A stretch of DNA of 64,000 nucleotides, from positions 1 through 64,000 of the forward strand of contig JAAILG010000592.1 of assembly GCA_012026655.1 (NCBI GenBank), given 5' to 3'. Below the pieces are notes generated by a model. The model was given only the letters and a program-made list of their open reading frames with translations. It did no database searches and was not told where the DNA came from. Every line of letters starts with the position of its first letter. Positions within the stretch are counted from its first letter, which is position 1. A program made the translations under genes and the position numbers. Positions 1-13,098 of the stretch are shown here, piece by piece. The DNA is from Hydrolagus affinis (lineage: Eukaryota).

Positions 1-168
1 GACCGTGCCTTCTGTTCCCCCCCGAATTTTTCAACCTCCCCTTCGTGTTTCACCCCCGCCCAAACACTCCCCTCCCAGCTCGGGTCACACTCCCCCTGTG
101 CAGCGCCTTGGGACGTCCTCCCGACGTGAAAGGCGCTCTATAAATGTAATTTGTTGTTGTTGTTGTTG
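1..168 (+). mobile_element. L2 LINE 3' end
   Basis: C-rich 3'UTR, hairpin gcgccttgggacgtcctcccgacgtgaaaggcgc, (TTG)n tail. Confidence 0.85.
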
Positions 169-1219
169 TACTTCCGCACTAAATGAGGGCATATTATTTA
201 GATCCATTGATATTTAGTTATTTAACATCAAATTAGGAAAAAGGTTTTTAAAGAAGTGGTGGTGGTGGTGGTGCAGCACATGGGAAAATGAACACACAAT
301 GTTATGCAACTAAAAGACAAATGTACAGCTGGCTTCTCCAGTTGTGCTCATGGTAAATCGGCAAAGTGAGGTCAGTGGTCACCAAGCTGTCTGCTCAGGC
401 TGGCACTGACAGTCTTATAGCAGATCATCTACTTCTCCCATTAGATTCCAGATTGGTGAGAACTCATGGCAATTTGTACCTCTACAACATTAATATTAAT
501 AAAATATTATTATTATGAAAAAGATGGCAGACAATTAGATCTTTTAAAGGTCATTTTAAGGGTAGTTCTACATTTATTTGCTTGTATTCCCGTATACAAT
601 CCTCTAAAATAGGATGCCTAATTAGTTATTTTCTGAATGCAACTGATGCTTAAGAATTAATTTGATAGTTGACAAATACCCCAAACATCTGAAATTACAT
701 TTCGGAAACACAGCTGATCACTCACTGCCTGCTTCAACACTGTTATGATCAGCACTGTGTTCTGAATTCCTGGCACAACAAATTTAACAAGGGACATTGC
801 AAAATCTCACTGCCTAATAGATTTGCCCACACATATATACTTACTTTCAAGCAATGGCAAGCAACATCAGGTCAGTCCTAACTCTGCAAAGTATGGATTC
901 TAGGTTAAAGATGGAGTTTTTTTTAACAAAAGAATATTGACTATCATACCATTATGATAGTCTTCTAGAGCAGCGGCCTTCCTCTGTGTGAGAGAAGCTA
1001 AGGAGGATTTCACTTTATCCTGGAATTAAAAGCAAACACATAGAAAACAATATCTGATACTTTAAGTAATGTAATAGAGGAGTTCACTCCAGTACACATT
1101 CTCAGAGCTCTTGCCAACCTGTGCCTGATTTAGAGGTCACCCAGTTGAGTAAAACTAATTCAAATGAAGTGTAACATGAAATTTAGTAAATAATATCACT
1201 TTAAAATAAAATAATATTG

Positions 1220-1381
1220 CAATCCATGACTGTTTGTGGGACACTGCTGTGCACAATTGGCTGCCGCATTTCACCCACAAATATACAGTCAATTCACTTT
1301 ACAGTATATTCTGTGAAGCACTTTGAGACGTCAATAAGATGTGAAAAGCGCCATATCAAACACAACGATTATCACTATTAA
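1220..1381 (+). mobile_element. tRNA-derived SINE, 3' half
   Basis: tttgtgggacactgctgtgcacaattggctgcc...ctgtgaagcactttgagacgtc, shared with full-length copies. Confidence 0.85.
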
Positions 1382-2499
1382 GATAAAACATAATGCGACA
1401 CAGGTTGTTCCAACTTACAAACCGTAGAATACAAATGTATTTCACATGTAATGTCACAACAGTGGTTGTGGGACGTGCGGATAAGGGATGTGTTTTTAAA
1501 AAAAACTGCCTTCACTATCACCATCAGCCAGGTCCAGCTGCAACTTTGCCAACCTCATTGTCTGCCTCAAGCATTCGAGAGTCACTGGATTGTAGCCACA
1601 GGATTAAAAAGTCATACAAAACATGCATAGTCACAAACTCCATCTAAATAGAAAAAAAAACCTGCTCCAAAATAAAAATATGGTCACTTCCGAATAACCA
1701 ACAAGCAAATGTGTATTTTTGGCCAAATGGAAAACGATACCACCAAGTACCATTAATAATACAATTGACCCTATCAGTCCAAAACTTTATTCACAACCAT
1801 TGAACAAAACCACAAAGGCAACAATATAAATAGAACCCTGCACAGGAAATGTAACATCCACTTGTCATGTAAAGATGACCTATGCAACTGTAATGTTATG
1901 GTAACAATGGCTCACCATCAGGTAAATGTAACATCAAAAGACATGTGTCAACAAACGTATCTCATAAAACACACACAAAGTGAAACTTAACCGACCCAAC
2001 AATGTCCTTAAAATAATTACTTCTCCTCTTCCACTCCTTCCAATAGCTAAATGCAACAATTAGTATTTTATGCACTTCTAACATTCCTGCCTTAGATGTG
2101 AGTTTCACTTGATGATCTATACTGATCTATTAAAATAGTGAAATATGTACAGCCAGTATTCAAGTTATGGGTTCTTGAATGTCTTTACTTCATAATAGGT
2201 TATTTTACTGAGGTTGCCAATTTTTCAAGTTTTTTTTTTATAAACTTACATTTGCTGATTTTCCTTTCACTCCTTGGAGGCAATTTCATCCAATTGCATC
2301 TCCACCAGGGAAGGAAACTCAATTCATGGCATAACCCATTAGTATTTAATGCACTTCTAACATTAATGGGCTACATGGGTGAATACATTTTAAAATAATG
2401 TTTTTTGTAACAAGAAGCTAACCCTGATGGCCTAGAGGGTAAGGGCCTCAAGTAGCACAAAATCATAGAACTTCAGACCAGACCAAACTTCACTGGAGC

Positions 2500-2660
2500 A
2501 TTGCAAATTGCTTCAGTGCCCCTGAGCTAGGAATAGGAAAAATGGAGTTCTGCTGCTCATCACTATCAAGTGACATTTGCTGGAAAGTGCATATGTGGAC
2601 TTTCAATAACAACTTGATCAGCTCAACTGTGATGCCCTGAACATTCAAACAGTCTGTCAC
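2500..2660 (+). mobile_element. LF-SINE-like ancient SINE fragment
   Basis: cttcagtgcccctgagctagg..aaaaat..tcactatcaagtgac..tgctggaaagtgcatatgtggac..ctgtgatgccc follows the recalled LF-SINE consensus. Confidence 0.65.
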
Positions 2661-3623
2661 GTGAAAACAAATGACTTGAAACCATGAAGGTTGATGACTC
2701 CCGTGCAACTATATTGAAACAAGAATCAGCGATCTCAGGGAAGAACAGGGTGGAGAAAAGAGGAATAGATTTACGAAAGGGATAACACTGGAAGCAGTAA
2801 TGATCTTAAAAAACACTTCTATATGTTAAGAACAATATCCTACAAATGAGTTGAAAGCATTTAAAGAATAAAACATTTGCTGCATCAGCAAAAAATCTTT
2901 GGCGCATCAGCAAAAATTATAAAGTTCAAATAAGCTGTAAAAGTCTGGTTAATGCAGTATTGGAAAATATGTTGTGTAGACATAAGAGTGTTAGAGAACT
3001 GGAAAAATGGTTCACAAAAGGAACCTTTAAACATTTAAACATTTACACATTTTTTTAAAAAAAATGCAGTCTTGATAACATAGACAATAATTTGCTACAT
3101 GGACACCTCGGAAAACGGATGCCCTTTCGGCATTTTAATAATCACACACATTGAAATGTTTTGTCATTTGGTGTGTTCACATGGCTGACACTAATATTAC
3201 ATCTTTTCCTAATGTAAAGTGGCATTCAACAAGCCACAGTCCCTGCAGTGACTGACAGAGCTGGATCTCTAAGCTAGCAGTAAGGCTGAGTGACTTGGCC
3301 TGAAGATCATTATCACGAAAACACATCTGTGCATAGCTGAATGGGGGTAAAGCTGTCACTGAGTACAATGCCTCCAGTTCCTACAAAACAAATTTACGTA
3401 GAAAAGGTTTTCTTAAAAAATAGTTACAATGGCATATTTCCATGGTGATAGAGGTCAAGTTTTTTTCTAAACATCCATGTATTGAATTGTCATGAACCGC
3501 ATAAATATTGTCTCATTATCCGCCTTAAATTTCAAGATTTTGTATTTTTAATCAATGAAGATAACTTTATTAATACATCACAGATTTCTTTACAAGAGTT
3601 TCAGGTTACTCATGAGACTCTTA

Positions 3624-3780
3624 CATAGAACATAAGAATTAGGAGCAGGAGCAGGCCATTCGGCCCCTCGAGCCTGCCCCGCCATTCAATAAGATCATGG
3701 TTGATCTATTCTAACTCCACCTACCCGTCTTATCCCCATATCCCTTAATCCCTTTATCCACAGGAAATCTATCAATCTCT
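3624..3780 (-). mobile_element. CR1-type LINE 3' end
   Basis: acatagaacataagaattaggagcaggagcaggccattcggcccctcgagcctg is the reverse complement of a CR1/HER1-like 3' tail with short tandem repeat. Confidence 0.8.
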
Positions 3781-3904
3781 TCTGTTTAGAATAAATTGTG
3801 CTTCTTTTTCTATATCAATTTAAGGCTGTTGCACTCCAGATACCAGTTGTGACAATGCCTATAGTTAGTTATGTTGAGACAGAGATGGTAATTTTTAGTA
3901 TTTA

Positions 3905-4270
3905 TATAATAATCCTTGCATTTGATATAGCGCTTTATCACATCTTTGTCTTAAAGTGCTTCACACAATATACTGTAAAATGAATTAACTACATTTTGTG
4001 GGCAACACACAGCAGCCAATTGTGCACAGCAGTGTCCCACAATCAGTCGTGGATTCAAGTGACCAATTTATTATAGTTATTATTATTTCTGAAAGAATTA
4101 TTACCCCCGGAAAAGCAATGCATCAATTGACTAACTGGGTTCCTACTTACTACTCGATAAACAGCGGCATATGGAGTAAGGAAACTGCCTAACATTTTGC
4201 CCTGGCCGGAGTCAAATCCAAGTGTCTCGCTTACGAGGCGAGTGCTTTAACCATAGCTACAGGATATCAA
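3905..4270 (-). mobile_element. tRNA-derived SINE, full length
   Basis: tRNA-like head near 4200-4268, body, L2-type tail with (ATT)n. An oppositely oriented partial copy follows at ~4360-4590. Confidence 0.85.
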
Positions 4271-7200
4271 AAATGTTGACTTTAGATAATAATGTAGTTT
4301 CTTTAGTAACTCTCTTTACTGAAAGAGCGAAACTCTGGGCAATTTCGTTACTAAACATGACTAATAATAATCCCTCAAAAAAAAACAATAATAAATTGGT
4401 CATTCAATCCATGACTGGGTCACTTCTATGTGCAATTGGCTGCCGTGTTTCACCCACAAATACACAGTCAATTCACTTTACAGTATATTTTGTGAAGTGC
4501 TTTGAGACAACAACTTCAATTTAAATAGCGCCTATACGTCTAGAAGACGTGAAAAGTGCTACATCAAATAAAGATTGTTATTATTACCAAGGAGTTGAAT
4601 ATAATGTCAATCAATAATAAATTAACTTCCCAAGTTGAACTCCTACATAGGAAATTAAAGATATTCTACCTTCCCCACCCACGATCAGCATGCAACCCTC
4701 CTGACACACTCAGAGGAAAGAAGGGTCTGGTATACACAACCTGTGCAATTAATCTGTGGAGAATGGTTCTATTTCTTAAATGATCTGTAAAAAAATGTTT
4801 AAATATCAAACAACGAAGAGTGTCCCTTAAACTGATATTACTGAGTCCTGAAAGTTTCATAAATAGTCAAATGTGCCAATTTACAGATTTTTTTTGCTGC
4901 TGAGTGAAAGCAGATAAAATGAACACACCCATCATACAATTGCGGTTTGGGCCAAAAAGCCAAAGAAAATGTGTCCGCTTCTTCCTCTGGGATTCGGAAA
5001 TCATCCGACTGATTTGCAAATACTTCTTAATCAATCCCTTAAGCATGTTTATATTTTTTAAGAACGTGTGTCTGTGTGTGAAAATAGCCAGAATACAGTT
5101 TCTACTATTTTCCCGCTAAGTCTCAGCTCAATTACTTATCAGATGGGCAATATGATCACTGCAATCCTACATCGTTTTCTGGTCAGTGCACAACACTATC
5201 AGTCAGCCGAGTCCTTCCTGAGCCTGCAGCATTTCTGGCAGCCTCTTCAACCCACACAATTTATCATCGCCACTAGAAAGGTTGATGTTCACCCAATTTA
5301 AAGATTGCAAATGCTTGTGTACACAGTAAAGCAGAAAGCTTGTATAAAATTTAGTTCAACCTTTGCACAACATACAGATTTGCAGTCTTCCATTTTTGGA
5401 AAGCCCAATTGTTATTTATGTGATAAAAAAAAGACCCACACAGCTTCTATTCTCTATACATGTCAAAAAACATCAAGTAACATTTTTTAAAAATGTAAAG
5501 CACTTTAGAAGCGTCACTTCAGAGCACTACAAGATCCATTATGTTAGACTTGATGTTTTAGAAAATGCATATAAAAAAGACGATTTACAAACATTAGCAT
5601 TTTGAAAGAAAAGTTGGCTTTTCAAACTACATTATTCAGCAGATCCCCAAAATGTCACTTTTGAAATTCTAGCAGCAGAAAGAGCAGTATAAATCAATGA
5701 ACAAACGGCCCACAAAGAGGTTTTCCTATCCTCCACAGCTTTAGGGCATTTAAAGCGCAAGAACAAAACAGCAATAGTATAAAATGGAAAAATGAAGGAA
5801 ACCAACACACACATACAAAATAGAATATCATAGAGTAGTGATCTGTGACAAAAGGCATCTTGTGTAATGATTTAGCACCATAGAAATGACCTGTACAAGC
5901 ATATCAGACATTGATTTAACATGGAGTTCACAGTATTCATCTCCATTTTTTGTCACAATCAATACCAAATGAAAAAAAAGTCTACCCACAGCATCGGATG
6001 AAAGCCTACAGTGTTTTTCCCATGTTCCAAATATACCTTTACATGTGAGTTTTCTGCTCCCTCAAAGCTCGGCTTGACGACAAGAATAAATCAAACATCT
6101 TTTTTCCATTCGCTCATTCTCTCTCAGGACCTCAAGACTCACCCATTTCTGTAGAACAAACTACAGATTTTTAAAAACCAAGCTCGTCATCACTTTATCA
6201 TAACTGCTTCATTTACCAACTATTCACTTTTGCATTAAGGGCCCAAGCCTTAACTAAGTCTCCACAATAAAAAATGTCCCTGGGCTTGCTGTCACAACCA
6301 CGGACAGTGCAAGTAAATGATGGATTATGTAACCAAGAGTTGAACATTTCATTTGTCCAAGGTCTGGAAATTGTGGTTTGATTAGGGCAAGAGAGAAGGA
6401 GAAGAGGAATTTTCCTTTTGAGAAAAAGCTATTTTGAAATCTAACAGACTTGTGGAAAATAAATTAGTGAAGTAATGTATTACCAGACACGATTAGGGCA
6501 GTTTACAATTCAGCTCTTTTGAACCAATTAATCCATGGGGGCCTAGATATACCATTAGTATTACATCAGATATATCTGACTATACAATAACATACAGAGT
6601 AGAGTGTCCAATGCCATGTTTTAAAGCTCAAATATTTTACACAATGTCTTCTGAATTTATTCTCCTTTTGCATTCAGAACCAAATCCACCATTGGAACTT
6701 ATTTGAACCTCTGATCATCTGAAATACCCTGATTAATTTTCTGACAATTTCACATTTTTCCCCACATTACCTTTGTCCCTCCTCCAACAGTCTCCAGAAT
6801 GTCAGCATACCATCTGCAGTCTCCTGTACATACCTTGCACTATTTGCCCCAAATAGCCCCAACGACTAGAGTTCAATCTACTCAAAAGTAAACAAAATTA
6901 ATTAATTAATTGCTTTGGCCATAAATAATCATTCAGCAGGACCAAATAAAGTACAATGAACTGCACATCAGAAGAAAGTCCACCTAATCACCTAGAGATT
7001 ATATAAATTCCTTAGGATTAAAACACCACCTCAGTAAAAGCTTACTGTACATATACATTGACACTTTATATAAACAAATAACATATTTTCAATTTCTACC
7101 ACAAGCTGCAATAATAAACACAACTCTACAAAACAGAAACTTTTTCAGACATGTGGAGGAACATGACAAAGCTGAATCAAGAATTTTTAAACATAATCAG

Positions 7201-8894
7201 CATAATGGGAATTTATAAATACTGTACACATGTATCCTACAAGAATATGAATTCTCCTCTCATTGGGCACACTTTCATCTGACGTAACACATTCTTTTGT
7301 TATCCTCCAGTTTAAAAAAGGCTTGTGGCTGCAGAACATTTACAGCAAATAACTTTTCACTTCACCTATTATAGTCAAATGCAAAGTTAATCATACAATG
7401 GAGAAGATAAAAGTAGCATTAGAATAAAAATTATAATTGATTCTAAGTAAAATGCATAGCTTTGTCACAACGATATTTTGAGTCTCTACAAGTTAAAATA
7501 ACCCTCAAACTCCACACGGGGAAAGTATTACCAAGATGCAAACTAAGCATAAGCACAAGTTGCTCATATCTCCACATCAAATTCTCCTGTAATCCGTTCT
7601 TTACATGGACTGTTGGTTCTTGTTGAAACTTTCCCTTAAAGGAATATACAAAAAAAACTAATGCTATCAGTACTCCCAACTTCTGTCAAGTGAGAAAGCC
7701 TTGGAGTGAAGACAACCTTAAAGATTTCTAATATTCATCCATTATTAATATAAAAGTTTTCCACTCATATATAAAAAAGCTGGTTTACATCTCATGCATT
7801 CAAGTTGCCCAGTAATTTGTTATCGCCCACCATGAACGTATTATTTAACCATGGGTAAGTTGCAGGTTCCATTTCAAGATTCAACATAAAGGATTACTTG
7901 ATTACACAGCGGAAGTTTCTATGGTCTGCAAAGTTATAAGTAGAGGTTACGTGGCTCCATAAGTGACAAAAGTAAATCTCTGTAATGCTTCAACCACAAT
8001 TCACATACTTGCGATTAGTTTATTTCTGCTACAGAAAAATGTTTGATTTTTTTAAACTTGTTAAAGAAATTTGCATCAGTTATTCTTTGAAAAATGAATC
8101 GAACACTAAGTGGACAAAATTTACTCCAAGAGTGACTGAATGAATTGAAAGAATACATTGCTGGAACATCAATAACATAATAATCTGAAAAATACTAACA
8201 GTAACAATACCAAGCATAGAATATAACGCTATAAATATAATTGTTGTTGCTTCCAACACATTCTGAGAAATTCATACTGTGTCTTTGACATCTTTGTGGG
8301 CTTTATGAAACCAAATGAAAAGTCTCATCTGATGCAAAATGAAACTGTGCCTTATTTGAAAAGATGAATACGATGACCAACTTGGGGACAGGTCCTGCCA
8401 AATTGCCACTTTGGTAAATTTTGCTCCAGAACAGGGTGACTATAGAACTCTCAGCTACAAAATGTTAATGATGAAACAGCAAGAGATTGTGCAGTGTTAA
8501 AGCATTCTAGCATTGACTGGTACTACCTTTAGACCTATCCTAACATTCGTGGACGATAAACAAATGAAGAAAAATACTTTTTATGGTCCAGAATTTAAAA
8601 CTAGCCACACTTACAATCAAGTTTTTTCTTGGTTTACCTGTCATATGCCACAAATACTGCTGCACAATACCTCCAATTGAAATAATCAATGCAGTGCCTA
8701 CGCTTAGTATTTCTAGCAACAAAAATATTTTTGTTCTATGAACCTCACAAATGGCTTATAATTCAATCTGTAGGTTGCTGTGACCCAATACAAAATTATT
8801 ATATAAGGTAGGTTTACTGGTCATTTGGTTTTTAAAAGGGCCACCATGCTAATGTAGAATGTAAACTTTTTACAGCAACCAGCACTCAGCTGTT

Positions 8895-9080
8895 AACAGC
8901 AACAAAATTACATTTGTATAGTGCCTTTCACATTGGGAGGACGTCCCAAGGCGCTGGACAGTCAGTGTTTTGGACCTGAGCTGCGGTCGGGATCAAGGAG
9001 GGTAGAGGGAAGGGCATGGACGAAGACAGGGTGCCTTGAGGCCGAACTTGAAGGAGGCTGGGGAGGGCGAGGTGCAGAAT
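8895..9080 (-). mobile_element. L2 LINE 3' end
   Basis: caacaaaattacatttgtatagtgcctttcaca..ggacgtcccaaggcgc. Confidence 0.8.
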
Positions 9081-9804
9081 TACCAAAGAATTGTGATTTA
9101 ATTATAGTACCTACACTCTTTCAAATGAAATCACAGCAGTATATAAACCTCCTTACTAGGTCTCTTTGTACAGTACTTTGACACTATCGTTTTAAAGTGT
9201 GCCACGCAAATAAATCAATAAGAAAATACCCATTACAAATGAACTAAAAAAACAATTCTTCTGACAAGCAAGCTGTGCTCACAATACTGTTTGCACTTTC
9301 TTCACTTAAAGCTCACTGGATTCCATGACCCAAGGATAACAATGCTGCCTCTGTTGAATGGTAGATCTCATAAAATCCAAATCCTCATACCATCAATTCT
9401 GTTTACAGCTTAATCCAACTAAATTAGGTCAATTGAAACAGTAAAGATTGCCTGCACCTACAAAAAAAAAGCAGTGACTGTAAATGTGTAATAAGCAGCA
9501 TTTTTTTTCACATATTGTATAACATAAGTGTGTTCTGCAGGTGCAGATAGCACTGCTTGTTATAGAAAATAAGTTGCTTAAGCAAAAACATTAAATGAGC
9601 TCCATAATTTATAAACAGTATCAATGTAAGGGGAACCCCACTATTATATAGTCAGTTGTGATGTCTGACCATTTCTGATACGATTTCCGCCACAAAGTGC
9701 ACAAGGGACGTGACATCAGTGAGGCATATCACACAAAGTGCACCAAAATGCCGCTTGCTCTAATCTGACAAATTGGTCAAGTTTTAGTGACCACCATGTC
9801 AGTG

Positions 9805-10068
9805 TCAGAAGCAGCATTACCCTCCGCTCAACAGGATCCAACCTGCTCCATGTCCCCCGACCCACCCCAAACTCTGGAACTCCATCCCACTGTCCCTCCA
9901 CCTCGCCCCCTCCCTAGCCTCCTTCAAGTCCCGCCTCAAAATCCTCCTCTTCGACAGTCCCATCGGTCACCCCCTTTTCCTCCACCCTCCCCGTCCCCAG
10001 CTCAGATCTAAAACAATGACTATCCAGCGCTTTGGGACGTCCTCCTGACGTGAAAGGCGCTATACAAA
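9805..10068 (+). mobile_element. L2 LINE 3' end
   Basis: ctctggaactccatccc..ccttcaagtcccgcctcaaa..gcgctttgggacgtcctcctgacgtgaaaggcgc. Confidence 0.85.
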
Positions 10069-12950
10069 ACATTTGAAGCAATCAAGTTAATCTTTTACAA
10101 ATTGGTTGGTAATCCTTACAAATTTACTTATACTGTAGTTCACAACTGTAGCTTTGGATTTAAAAAATATATGAAGCTGAACTAAAGTCAACTGTTCCCC
10201 CATGTTTAAAAAAGGCTGTTTTACTCACCACTTCCTAAGGACCATTTATTGTATACCATCTTGGACATTTGGTGGCTGAAAACAGCCAAGGTCAACCCAT
10301 ACTGTCACAAATATAATTCTACCAGGGGTACTCAACAGCAATTAGAAGCAGTAATACTGTACTGTACTCGTAATTTCCCTCCAATCCACCTTGCAAGCCA
10401 AGTCAATCCCAACACAAACTCAAAGAGATAGTCTATCTCTGCACAGACAAGATATTGATCCTGATCTGTTAAGGTCAGTGTCACACTGCACAGAGCATTT
10501 ATCCAGTGAATCATTAAGGGAGCCAATTGCTTGAGATTAATATTAAATGTTTAAAGTTCAGCTTTCAATAAATTTAATTATATTATGAATGCATTTTTCA
10601 ATAAGAACACCTATTATGATATATATATATTTATACATAATATACAATTTATTATTATATATATAATAATAAAACTTTGTTTAGCCTCCTTATTGAAACT
10701 AATGAGTGATATTTTTACAAGGATTTGGAAATATCTGGAACTTTGCTAGGATGTCAATTTCTTGAAGGGTGCCAGGAGCTTCGATTGGCCACAATCCAAA
10801 ATCAAACTGACTGAGCACAGAGTGATATCTAACACTTGCAGGGATCTGCAGTTTACAAACCCTTTCACAAATATTACAAATTAAACCCCACTGTCTGACA
10901 TTCTGAAGTCAACTCTCTCTTTCATTTCACTGTAGAGGAATTTCCCCCAAAAGTTTTGAACCAACAGAACCTCAGCGGGTTCAGTTGAGTCACTGCTGAT
11001 TTATTGCATTCAATTTGCATGCAACAAAAAGTCGACACAATGCTTACCTATATTGAATTCTAACTTTAGCATTTGAAAATCATGCAATTTTCTACAATAC
11101 CCCTAGCATTATTTGATGCTGGTTATTTGCCTGTTTATAGCACTTTTGAGTGATAAATTAAATGTTGAGCCCAATTCCTGAAATTATGCTCCTGCAATAA
11201 CATGTTTTACAGCAAAAGATTAAAAATAAACATTTAAACACCAAAAATAAGTATTAAGTATTTAACATCAGTATAATATTTACTGGCATTCTGTACCAGT
11301 AGTTAAAGTTCTCCATAACACCAGGCAAGAGTGATTCAGGAGAAGTAATATAATCCTAATTTCCATATCAACAAAACAACAAATTTTGATGGAGCGGCTG
11401 GCTGGGTTGGTGACAATATAAAAAGGATGTTATGCAATAACGAAGTAAAACACATTCACATTGTTTTGATGAGCATATCTACTATTAATCATAAAATTAC
11501 ACAAAACAAATTACAATTAAATAGCATTCTCATAATTCTGTAAAATATCTTTCCAACAATATAAAGTCCTTTACAACACTCAATAAGCTACTTCCCGCCC
11601 AAATTGCACAGGATAAGGTCTAGAGTCCATTTTGTTAAATTAATATTTAGCACAGATATCAGATAAGCAGACAGTAAATATTAATTTAAAAAAGAGAATT
11701 TTCAATAGGCATTCTGATTTGTTGAAATAAAGTCTGGCCTCTCATCTATGATGTAACCACCTCTAATCAATTATAACAATATTGTTCATCATAATTAAGA
11801 ACTCGGAAGAATTCTGCAACCCAAGTAGAAAGTAGTATTGATTTGGGGCTAAAATAAAACTGAATACAACACATGTATTTCCTTTCCATCTCAACTTTGG
11901 AAGCAATTAAGAGACTTTCAGCCTGATGCCATCCACCAAAACAGGCAGTTAGGACCTTGGTTTAACACTCCATTTAAAGGATAGCACCTCCAGCAATGCA
12001 GCTCATTCCCTGCATTGGATAATACTCCAGAGAATTTGCCCACAGACATCCACTGTCTATCCTCATTCCTGGAGGATACCTTCTGTATCTCAGGATTAAA
12101 TTAAATCAAGAAAAGTTGCACTCTTCTTTCATAACAGACACCATGAAAAAAAAACTAGAGAAATGCATGCAATGCACTATTCTTTTGACATAAAGCAATG
12201 ATACAAAATTGTTACAACAACAAATTATACTTGTACAGTGCCCTTCACATCTGTCGTCCCAGAGTGCTATACCGGATGTTAAATTATTTTATTCCATGAA
12301 AAAAATTCAGAAACAATATTTTTGAAATTCTACTTCATCACATTAAAACGGTGGAGACTTCCTATTTACTCTAACCAGGATGTTTTGGAATCAAGTGAAA
12401 CTGTATGAAGCTCCAGAACTGGCATCTTAACACTGAGCTGATTCAAAAGATGCTTCACCATTACAAACTCCACAATACAGTTTCCTGCCATGCTTGGGCA
12501 ACAGTCCCATGAAGGGATGAAACTTCCTGGAGATCAGACTCGCACAGTTTACTGTCATCACCTGCTCTTCCACCCAGAAAAATAAACAGGATTCAAGCAA
12601 TTACAATGTCAGTACTAGCATTGTAAATTCATGAGCAGAAAATTCTGGCTCACCGAACCAGATCTCCTTCCCATTACTCCAGTTAGCCGTGGTTTTAGTG
12701 CTGCGTCATTCATGTCATTCTGTGCTGCATCTGGGCAGACAAAAAATATTGACCGGAGGGTGTTGGAAGAACATTTTCTCAGAGGAAAGTAGTGGGAGCG
12801 TAACTGAGAAATAACTCTACATTTCAGTACTTTGAAGAGGAAGAACAGTTTGAGGTAGGGACAGAGACTGGAGAGTTTGGATGCAAAAGAATTTGGCATA
12901 CGGTAAATACTAATAAATACCAGCATTAAGAGTTCACATAAATGTCATAC

Positions 12951-13098
12951 CTGCAGATTCTATATACTCCACACATTTTTCAATAAATAATGGCACAGGT
13001 TTATCAGGTGTTACTATGTCTTGAAGGGGCATCCCAAAGTAATTGCTGTCCCAATTTCTTCTGGGTGGTGGTATATGCTTTGGCCCCTTTGATTTATC
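12951..13098 (-). CDS. ARHGAP5: ARHGAP5 second coding exon (148 nt), start of RhoGAP domain
   Basis: ttcttcaacag|GAT AAA ... GCA G|gtatga; encodes DKSKGPKHIPPPRRNWDSNYFGMPLQDIVTPDKPVPLFIEKCVEYIESAG. Phase 0 matches the upstream GC donor. Confidence 0.95.

Noticed and set aside
1-12950. Further ARHGAP5 RhoGAP exons (GLYRVSG etc.)
   Set aside because: Not found by eye; probably outside the window, though a short exon could have been missed.
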